Shown piece by piece: positions 39,501-64,000 of a DNA stretch of 64,000 nt (positions are counted from its first letter, which is position 1; every line of letters starts with the position of its first letter). A model generated the notes under the pieces. It worked only from the letters and a program-made list of their open reading frames with translations, was not told where the DNA came from and did no database searches. A program made the position numbers and the translations under genes. The DNA is from Chrysomallon squamiferum (lineage: Eukaryota > Animalia > Mollusca). The stretch covers positions 25,234,001-25,298,000 of the forward strand of contig CM022679.1 of assembly GCA_012295275.1 (NCBI GenBank), read 5' to 3'.

Positions 39501-39694
39501 TTGTGTGAATATTTATAAATTTATTTAAACGAGAATGTGACTGCATTCATGACATGGTTTATTCTTTACAGATGTGAATGAATGTGTGGTAAATAGACAT
39601 ATCTGTATTTCGACTGCTTACTGCGTAAACACTGAAGGATCTTTTAAGTGTGTGTGCAAAGCTGGTTTTGTCGGAGATGGCAAATCCTGCACAG
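36520..39694 (+). CDS. Secreted calcium-binding EGF-repeat unit (signal exon plus cbEGF array); no terminal exon found, partly decayed
   Basis: ATGATG|gtaag at 36520-36525; 76-nt signal exon 36862-36937 (VYYRGSHVVLMMILNVLSVTKSTTE); 123-nt phase-1/1 EGF exons 37394-37516 (Cys1>Tyr), 38008-38130 (DVNECDRGIHNCVSAAQCVNTKGSFTCVCKHGFEGNGISCT), 38991-39113, 39572-39694; truncated EGF exon 37124-37179. Confidence 0.75.
38230..38727. repeat. 125-bp tandem repeat, 4 copies, in an EGF intron
   Basis: Units start aatctatctcagaaagaatac at 38230, 38355, 38480 and 38605; nearly identical. Confidence 0.92.
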
Positions 39695-40586
39695 GTACGA
39701 TCTGAACTATTATTATTTTGGTTTCCATAAAAACAACAATGTATGTATGCAGTGTGTGTGTGTGGTGTGTGTGTGTGTGTAGGTGTGTGTGTGTGTAGGT
39801 GTGTGTGTGTGTGTGTGTGTGTGATGCAATATCTGTACTATTATATTTCATTCTGATAATATTTATAAATATATCTCAGTAAGAATATACACTTTCAGAA
39901 ACAGTCAATAAATCAATGTATTAATCATTAAATCATTTAATCAGACAGTCAGTTAATGATCCACTTAGTAAGTAACGCAAACGTGCAGTTTTGAGATAAT
40001 TATTTATTTCATCTGTGAATTAATTATTCGTTCAATTAACCTTTCAATTAACTATAGATCAATCTGTTTATCTATTTACGTAACTATGTAATTACTTATC
40101 TTTCAACATGCATCTGTGCTACAAGAAATATTCCTATTATCTTCTTTCAAACAAAGGAAATATTCAGTAATATTCATCTATCACAATCATAGACATGCAC
40201 TTTCAGAGAGACAAAAACACAGATACGTAAGTTAAAAAAAACTTCACATACACACACATATACACACTCATACATATACACATATACACACATATACACA
40301 CTCATACAACAGATTTCAATGATATTGCCTTTAATGAATGTCCAAACAGCGCCAAATTTTGGACAGACTAATTAATATTTTGTTCTTCAGGACTATGCTT
40401 TCTGTAATCAAATACTTGATTATGTATCTCATAAGCGAGTCGTAAATGTAAGACATATTTGGATATCTAGTCCTAGGCACACTACTTGTAGATAAGAACG
40501 TATGATGTTAGAATACATTTTACCAGATTAAACCACGGAACTCTTTTGATTGATACTGTCTCGGACTTTTTATTATTCCATTATAG

Positions 40587-40707
40587 AAATCGACGTGCCT
40601 TATTGGTTCTTATAACTGTTATTCCAATGCTATCTGCAGAAACACCGAAGGATCTTTTATGTGTGGATGAAAATTTGACGTTTCTGGAAATGGGACTTCA
40701 TGCATAG
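40587..40707 (+). pseudogene. Dead cbEGF exon at the end of the EGF array
   Basis: 2-nt deletion after ATCGAC, then [17 protein letters not shown] with TGA, and donor mutated to AC. Confidence 0.8.
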
Positions 40708-42812
40708 ACAAGATTTGAAAGAAATCAATATTTTATTCTCAGAACTGCTCCAAAAATATAGGCATGCATATATTTGTATGTTAAAACCGTCATTATGGTT
40801 TACCTACAAAATTATGTAATCTATGCTATTGGATTAATCAATAAACGAATAAATTAATAAAAACAAAAATCTTTTAGTGTTAAATCAGTCGACGTCTAAA
40901 TGTATGAATGAATAGATGATTCCGTCAATCGGTCAGTCGATTGAAAAGTAGACTTGTGATTGAGTCATCAGTTAATTAATGTTTTTATCTATAAATTAAT
41001 CTACATCTGTTCATTTATTTGCCTGTCTCGATTTCTGTCTGTCTCAGAGAATCTCGATCTGTCAGTGTGTCTGTATCTATGTATGTGCGAACAGACGGAC
41101 ACATTTAAATTTCGACATGATGTATATTATGTGTGCATTATTTTTAAACTATGATTATCTGTTAAATACAGTGGAGGGATTAGTAGTGATGCAGCTATTA
41201 AATTCTAAGAAATGTGCATTCTGTGAATAAAATCCCGAATAAAGTTTTAGAAATTAATAAATCCGATTTGAATTACGTACTTATTTGCATATTTACCATT
41301 ACTTAAGTTTGAATATTTATGCGAATTAAAAAACGGTTTATTTCTTAAAAGGAACTGCTGTTTAAGAAAGTAAGCAATACTGGATTGTTTAACCAGCGTT
41401 TTGTAATAAAGTACTTTTATCTAATGCCTCTGAAAGTAATATCAAAATACAAAATAAAATAGAAAGATAATAAATAAACATGCAATTAAATAACAAAAAA
41501 AAAAAATAATAATAATACATAAATAAATAAATATAATTAAGAAATTGTATATGGGAGTGGATGACAGATGGGTGATCATGAGAACCTCTAAAACATCAAC
41601 TGACACCCGCTCTGCCACATTCAGTTATTTCAATTATTTTTCAGTATTATTATTTTGGTGTTTTTTTTTGTTTTGTTTTTGTTTTGTTTTGATGTATGTT
41701 GCAAAAACAATAGAGCGGTTACTGTTTTAAAAATGCCTCTGAAAATTTTATCAAAATACAAAATCAAATAAAAAGATAATAAATGAATATGCAATTAAAT
41801 AAGAACAACAAAAAAACACACACACACATAAATCAAAATGAAAAAACCAAACAAAATAAAATAAAATAAAATAAATAAGAAAATATATAAAAAAATAAAT
41901 GTAATTAAGAAATTGTATACGGCAGTGGATTACAGAATCGATCTCGCTCTGCCACATACAATTATTTCAATTGTTTTTCAGTGATATTATTCATATGATG
42001 TTTTTTCTAATTCCATAATTTCTGCCACAAAAGTCTTCTTGTTTATGAAATGAATAAATGTTGATTACATGCATACCTTCTTTTGTTTGGTTTAATGTAC
42101 AGTGCAAAAACAGTAGAAACAAAACGTTTTTATTGCGGTTAGTGTTTACGTAAAAAATATATTTTAACGTTAGTTGAAAGATAAATTTAGCCTTTTCTTT
42201 ATTATTTATTTGTTTATTTTAATATATAAAAATAAAAATCAACAACAATTTAAATACTATAAAAAGGATTTCCCCGAGAAGAATTATTAAAATGAGAATG
42301 CTTTAGGTTATCTCACATCAAACTCGTAAAACGTTTTGTTGAATATCATTAGAATACCAATAGAAACTCGGCTTTTAATGAAATACAAAAAATATTGTAG
42401 TAATTAAAATGTTTGTTATTAAAATGAATTAGGAAAACCGTTAACGCCTACATTTATCTATCATTTATCCATTGTTTTCGTAATAGTTCGCTCTTGTTTT
42501 TTTTAATTTCGGTTTGTTTCTCTTTTATTAACGTTTAATAAGTTACAATCGTACAATTTACCTCAGTAATTACCTTTGTTGTTATTTCCATGTTATTAGA
42601 TTTTAACTTTGCATCTTTTGTTTATCTAAGCTGCCCTATTTACATTTTCATTTTCATTAAATATATGAAAGAGAAGCATTTACCATGTTTTTCCTCTGTT
42701 ATTAAAACTAGTTACCCTGTTAGCACTACTTTTCATTTGACTTCAGAATGATAAAAAAAACACAGGAACAAGTGATAAAAAAGAAATAGTGGCAAAAGGG
42801 TTTCAAACCAAA

Positions 42813-57893
<15,081 letters not shown>

Positions 57894-58007
57894 CCAAAAA
57901 TTTTAAAATTTATATTCAATATTATTTGTTATCTGGATGCTGTATAATATAAGTAAGTATCCCTTATACCAGCAGCAAGAATACAGTAACAACATCAACA
58001 AAAGCAC

Positions 58008-58045
<38 letters not shown>

Positions 58046-58359
58046 GAAAGAGAATGAATGAAAATAATTAATTATTTATTTATTAATAATGATTATGCTG
58101 TGATGACTGTTTCATAGAGAAGCTGTTTCAGATGGCACATCACTTTTACTCTGGTTTACCATGGACCTCTCAAGGCGATATACAGTAAATGGATAGCAAT
58201 ATATGCAGTTAAGGAAATATTAAGTGTATTACAGAATTCATTTTTATCAAAGCATTTTAATTCATTTTATTGTTATTTTGTGTATGTTTTTGTATGTGTG
58301 TGTGATTCCAATATTATTAGCGTAGAAATTAATTTAAAAATTAATCTTTAACATTTGTT

Positions 58360-59440
58360 CCCTTGGTTTCAAAACTTTTTGTTGTCAAAGCTAATCCAGA
58401 GAGAATCTTTGACACACTACGGAACCTTCTGTGTGTCATCAAAAATAACGTTGCCACCGCCATATTCAATTTTCTGACATATCTGTAATGCGAAATGAGA
58501 AACAAACTGTAGGAATACGCCATTATTGATAATTTTATTTCACAATGTATAATAAGTTTAACAATTAAATTGCACACCTCAAAATAGGCCCACAGGTAAC
58601 CCCACTGCATTGTAGCATGTGCTCATGAAGCTGAAGCTTAGACTGTAAGTAAGTATTCAGACCAAAATCTTTTTTGTGGGCATCCCTTTTGTGTTCCACG
58701 GTGAAACTACGTTTTCCTTCGAAAAATTAAATACTAATATATAAACGACCGACTGGAACAGAAAATTAATGAATATTGCGTATAAATAATATTTAAGGAT
58801 ACTTTTCTTCCAGGAAACCTTATACCAGTGGCGGATATTTTATAAAACTAATGACGTTTAACCTCAAGCTTCAGGAGCGACTGAAGTCCAGATTTCTTCA
58901 AAATTTTATTGAAAATCTGAGTTGTGTCTAAGTTTGTAAAACTTGTCATAGAACACTGCCACAGAAGAAGATAAGAGTAGTTACCCACACCTCGCTGCTG
59001 CTTGCGAAGGGCCCACGTAATTGTTAAAGCTTCAGGACCCCAAAAAGGTGTGTCTGCCACTGGCTATCTCTGTACCGCTGGTGTTGGCCTGAATATGTAT
59101 GCTATCGTAAATGTTGCTTTAAACCACACAGATCTCTAGTAAAACATAGAAAAATCTTTTCCTTTTTTTTCGCGATATCATAAATATTTTAATTAATTCC
59201 TCTTCAATATCATATCTCAAATACGTATTCATTTTCAAGAAAGAAAGTAATGGTATTCAAATAAAAAAATGTCTCGAGATGCAAATATACCTACCCATAA
59301 TACATCTTATGGTTGGCTTGGTTTCACCTTTCCACTTCTGTCTAAGGCTGTATAGGAGTAAACGATTTTCAGAAGAAGCAACACGTGCTTTTGAGAAACC
59401 GGCAAAATAGCAGAATATCTGGAATTCAGTGTCATTAGTC
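58360..59440 (-). pseudogene. Highly degenerate GH18 pseudogene, tail-to-tail with copy C
   Basis: Exon-3-like about 59438-59300 (TEFQIFCYFAGFSKAR), exon-7-like 58716-58578 (ENVVSPWNTKGMPTKKILV*..GYLWAYFE, 139 versus 183 nt), exon-8-like 58482-about 58360 (ICQKIEYGGGNVIFDDTQKVP*CVKDSLWISFDN). Stops and deletions; exons 4-6 not found. Confidence 0.82.
58825..59063. mobile_element. Possible short TIR element (MITE-like)
   Basis: ccagtggcgga ... tctgccactgg termini around a GC-richer interior; no clear target-site duplication. Confidence 0.4.
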
Positions 59441-59724
59441 AGTGAAAATTGAAAATAACCCATCTATCTATCTTTATCTGTACCTACATCTGTCTATACA
59501 TTCAATTATTTCAAGGTAATAAAATAATAATAAAGAAATCCCTGGAAATTTATACCGTGTTTAAATTTTTCGCATTAATTTCCACCAAAGGTTTAATAGA
59601 TCTATTTTTTACTTACTATGTTAATCCTAAGCCTGATAATTTTGGAGTAACTTTTAGGTTACAAGGTCCACATATTGTCGTAATCGATAAATTGGTTACC
59701 ATTCTCAATTCTTAGTACATACAT

Positions 59725-59755
<31 letters not shown>

Positions 59756-60399
59756 ACGTTTTACTTAGAAAAAAAGTGTTTATAAAATTCTAAAGACAGA
59801 ACGTTAATATATTTGACATGCAGTGAACGTTTTTTGCGTAAAATATATGTAAAGCCTAAGCATGCATATGTAAAGCCTAAGCTAAACATTATAATATGCA
59901 TTTTCGCTTATTAAAGAATTTACCTTCAGTTGACAAGAATTCTCACAAAAAAAAATCCAAAACATTTAATATCATCACCTAAATTAAACTGAAATTATAC
60001 TGATAATTATATAATGTTGAATACTTGTATAAATTATGAAGTAGAGTAAAATATATTTATCTTGATTATATTTGTTAACTATGCCTAAATCTATCGTATA
60101 AACCTGATATATGAGATAAGAATACACCTGTAAATAGGTTTTGTAAGATTTAAACATTTTTTGCTTCACCGGCTTATCTGACCATTCTAACAAAGCAAAT
60201 AGAAAATATATTTCATGAGCGCCACTGATAAGTCTTGCACATGATTTTCTGATTTGCTTCATTTGTATTTTATGTACATTCCAAAGCCATATCTGTGTGC
60301 AGAGAAAAGAAGGAGGAAAATCGTGAGGAAAACACAAAACAAGATTGAAAAAAAAAAAAAAATTAAAAATGCTGTCTTCCAGAAAGGTACATAACTCTA

Positions 60400-60760
60400 T
60401 CAGCGAAATGCGGCAGCAAGATCAGATGAAGGAAGCCGTGTGATATTTCTCTTCGTTTAACCTTCCTTACACGCTCACCAGACCCGATTTGCATCCATAT
60501 AAAAAAACATATTCCCATACTCTTACTGATCCTCCGGCCTCTCCAGCTTCAACGTGTTCAGGAGCAAATCGACCGTTGTCCTTTTCTCCAATCGCGAACC
60601 CGTCCGTAACGTCCTATCTTCATTTGACCAGTGAAACCTTCGGCAAGAAACGAAGTCTCAGCCTACTCGATCCTGCACCACAATCGAACGTTTACGAATA
60701 CGTCTGTCAGTCAACTGTGAGGACGTTTAAGAGGTCTACGATATTTCGCAGTGTTCAGGT
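60400..60760 (-). mobile_element. Tc1-like transposase relic distinct from the intron-3 element
   Basis: GC-richer island; minus strand gives YGRVRDWRK and RFAPEHVEAGEAGGSVRVWE, resembling the Tc1 DGRVRVWRR..GERF..GGSVMVWG segment; frameshifted. Confidence 0.55.
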
Positions 60761-60872
60761 GAGATGTTTCATTGGTTAGTGTATTCACTTGCACTGGTGA
60801 ACGGGGCACGTTTTACAAGCATTAGAAAATTAACAATCTTCGCGAACAGATGTTGTTTTTGGTTGTCTAGAC

Positions 60873-61146
60873 CAGTGGTGGCAAAACTGAGACACGCGCG
60901 ACACTAAGTAGAGACTCATTGATTTAATATATTCTCGAATATTTTTGGTCACATAATTTAAAAGTTAATAAAAGAGAATTAAATGTAGTGGATGAGAACA
61001 GAACTCCTTGCTATACTCTGGTAACATTTATTCCTATTCATGTACTAAATATTAACAATGTAAATTTAGCAGTGACACACGAAGATGTAAAAAGACTAAG
61101 ATATAAAAGTATTGATACGCCTAACATCAAAGTTTTGCCACCATTG
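60873..61146. mobile_element. hAT-type MITE (274 bp)
   Basis: 16-bp TIRs cagtggtggcaaaact / agttttgccaccattg with 8-bp TSD gtctagac / gtctagat (TCTAGA core typical of hAT/Charlie targets). Confidence 0.88.
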
Positions 61147-61692
61147 GTCTAGATCTAGGACGGTCCGTGACACAGTCGTTTCGGCTTGTTTTTCTACCAT
61201 TCTAGTGATAACGCTTACAAAAAACAAACTTAGAAACCTTTTATTGAACATTGTGCGAATTGAAAATTAAACTCACATGTTCTGTAATGAAATTGAAAAC
61301 ATTTATATTAGTATTAGGAAACTCCGTTAATCGCTTAAATTTAATTTGCAACAGCTGTTTTCATATTTCGTTTATTATTACACGGGTTTGTTTTACTGTT
61401 CATTAATTAGATTACAGTGGTCAATTAGAGCTCAGTAATTGTCTGTTAATTAATTCTCGATTACTATATTTTAAGTTTGTGTTAAAATGACGCCTGGGTG
61501 TTTTTTTTTTTCTCTCCCATTTTAATCTAATTCAACATAACTGAAAGAAATCGTGTCTTTTTTTAGTTCCAAGAATAATTTTCTTAAAACCAATTCATTC
61601 TTTGTGCAGCACGTTTTATTTGAACTGGTAATTCTACGAAAACAAGAACAAGTGACAAGAAAACTGCAGTTGTTTAAGTGTTTCAAAGCAAA

Positions 61693-64000
61693 ATGGTAAG
61701 TTATATTTTTCTTGATTACAAGAAAATATATATTACTGATAACATGATGTATTTAGTTTTTGATTGTTTGGTTAATTATTATTAATAAAATAAACATTGA
61801 TAAAAAAAATCTTCAAAAAGTCAGCTTTATTATCAAATGTATTACTTATGAGATAAAACTACCGTTAGATGCATACAAATTACATTTTATTTATCAAAAA
61901 TAAGATTAATTTTTCCAAAATAATTAGTCTGACGTTTTCTTATTAAAGATGTTTAGTGTTACCTTTGTATTTTACTGACTTACATTTTATGGTTTGCTCA
62001 TTATATATTATTTTCCTTCAAATGAATCTGAAGATAAATTAATTTTAGTAAGCATACGATTGCCGTATCTAATCGTAAATAAAATGTTCTGATGTTTATT
62101 GCGTTTGTAAAGTAAATGAGTAGTAAAATGGGTTGATGTTGTACGTGAACGTTTTTTTTTTTTTTATTGACTGTTTTATTCTACATGTGATTTCCATGGC
62201 TACATATCTTTCAAATAAATATTATTTTATTTTGTTGGTGTCTAAAGCGGACTGACTTTAATATGCTTAATTGTCTTCTTGGGACAGCGATGAATTTTTT
62301 TTTTTTAAATACTTTTTGATCGTTTTATTTTTGCTGTACAATTGGAAATACTATATAATATGTTAAAACTGAATCTAGTTGTTTAAGCTGAATAGAATAT
62401 TCTGCAATACATTTTTAAAACAAATTATTTTATTTATTCATTCATTCATGTATTTGTGTTTTTGTTAAGACAGTTACATCAGTTTGTATTACAGCTGTAT
62501 TGTTTAGTATTACTCAACAACAATTTCAATTGAATTTAGATCTGGACAGGAGGTGCTCGTATCGTCTCAGTGTTTATACTGCATTTTCTATCTCTGGAAG
62601 GTATTAGAAAAATCTTAAAATCCAAAACAAAAATAAATAAATAAATAAAATACTCTGTACTTTATTATTGTCACCTCGGAATACGGAATAAGAAAACAAT
62701 ATATAAAAATAATAAAAATAATAATAATAATAAAGACAGGAAGAAATACGACATAAACATGTTTTAGTTAGATGTTAAAGAAATAATCCTTAATGACATC
62801 ATGCAATTCACAATAACGCCTAAAACTGTAATGCATTCTAAAATAAACATTTAATACTTTATATTTTAAAATGTGTTTCTTCAACATAAATAATAATAAG
62901 AACAAAAACAACAACGATAACTACAACACCAACAACAGCAGATAAAAGAAAGAAACCAATCTGTAAAGTAAAGTCTGATTAATAAGAAATTTAACTTACT
63001 GTTTTTCTTCATGTTTCGCAGCACGTATGAATTTCCAAACATTCTGCTACTTTACCAGCTGGTCAAGAAGACGTGATGGGATTGGTAAATTTGGTCCAGA
63101 AAACGTGGATCCTTTTCTCTGTACTCACATAGTGTACGCATATGCAGGCTTTGATAACAATGGAAATGTGATTCCTTGGAAGTATGGAAGTGAAATAGCA
63201 GAGTACGTTACCTTAATTATGAATATTACGATAAAATTCTTTGAATAATTTTATACGTTCTCGCGGCTATTTTCAGAAATAACAGCTAGTGATTTTTTCA
63301 CCTTAAATTTAACATTGAATATGGCCTAGTGACTGATGTGAAATTACCTAGCCTGAAAAAGGTAGCCCAACGTTTCTTCTACAAAATAATTGCGGTTTTA
63401 TTATTTCTCGATGCTGTATGAAGTGAAATTAAATCTCAGTACCTATTTTCTGCAAATTGAAGGTGCTGAAGTTTAATTTTCACTTTACTTTCTGGTGATG
63501 TGGCAGATTGAGGCGTCAAATCTTGACGAAAGCAATCAGATAGATTCTAAAAACTATGTATTTCCTTTATAAGCGTTTTCACTTAAAGCAAAGATACAGA
63601 ACGGAAGCTAACTAAGTACCAAGTGACTGGCTGCGTCATCTGATTACTGATTGCCTCTTTCAAAAATAAAATATTTTATATGATTATACTCACGTAAGAC
63701 TTGTATTTATCAAACCTATGCTAACGTAGATTTTAAAAATGAATTAATTAGTTTTGTGAATTATAATATAACCGATCAGTACTTTTCTCTGAAGTAAAAC
63801 TAATAACAATAATATATTTCATATTAGATAAGCATTGCGTCTCTAGTAATGGAAATATAATGGTAACATTTTGTTATATTTTAAGCTACCGCGCTTTAGC
63901 TGAGAAGAAAAAAGAAAACTCTGACTTAAAACTGTTACTCGCTGTGGGAGGATGGAGATTTGAAAGTAAAAAGTTTTCAGACATGGCCGCCAACCCAGTA
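61693..64000 (+). CDS. GH18 chitinase-like gene copy D, 5' part (runs off window)
   Basis: Exons 61693-61695 (ATG|gtaag), 62540-62600 (IWTGGARIVSVFILHFLSLE), 63022-63202 (RMNFQTFCYFTSWS..CTHIVYAYAG), 63886->64000 (YRALAEKKKENSDLKLLLAVGGWRF); phases consistent with A-C. Confidence 0.88.

Noticed and set aside
60489-60779. 96-aa plus-strand ORF in a GC-richer island
   Set aside because: No recognisable protein features; better explained as antisense of a Tc1-like transposase relic.

Overview
AT-rich, microsatellite-dense eukaryotic DNA with spliceosomal introns; the texture suggests a mollusc, possibly an octopod cephalopod (inference only). The window is a cluster of paralogous secreted GH18 chitinase/chitinase-like genes with architecture ATG-only exon 1, signal-peptide exon, two tandem GH18 domains of 7 exons each, and a long Thr/Ser mucin-like tail. 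Copy A (minus, 1-10974) runs off the left edge, copy B is minus (18295-32176), copy C is plus (42813-57893), copy D (plus, 61693-64000) runs off the right edge, and a decayed GH18 relic lies at about 58.4-59.4 kb. B and C are head-to-head arms of a large inverted duplication. Its spacer holds a unit made of a signal-peptide exon homologous to the chitinase one plus an array of phase-1/1 calcium-binding EGF exons, which could splice in frame onto copy C. No visible catalytic motif is the canonical DxxDxDxE: A and C read DxxDxNxE and B has lost the catalytic Glu in both domains. Also present are an unprocessed ARHGAP32/33-like (PX-SH3) pseudogene fragment, a 36-bp coding-like minisatellite, Tc1 and Tigger relics, MITEs and signs of gene conversion. 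Exon models were built by eye from GT-AG sites, phase continuity and paralog comparison; no database searches were run.
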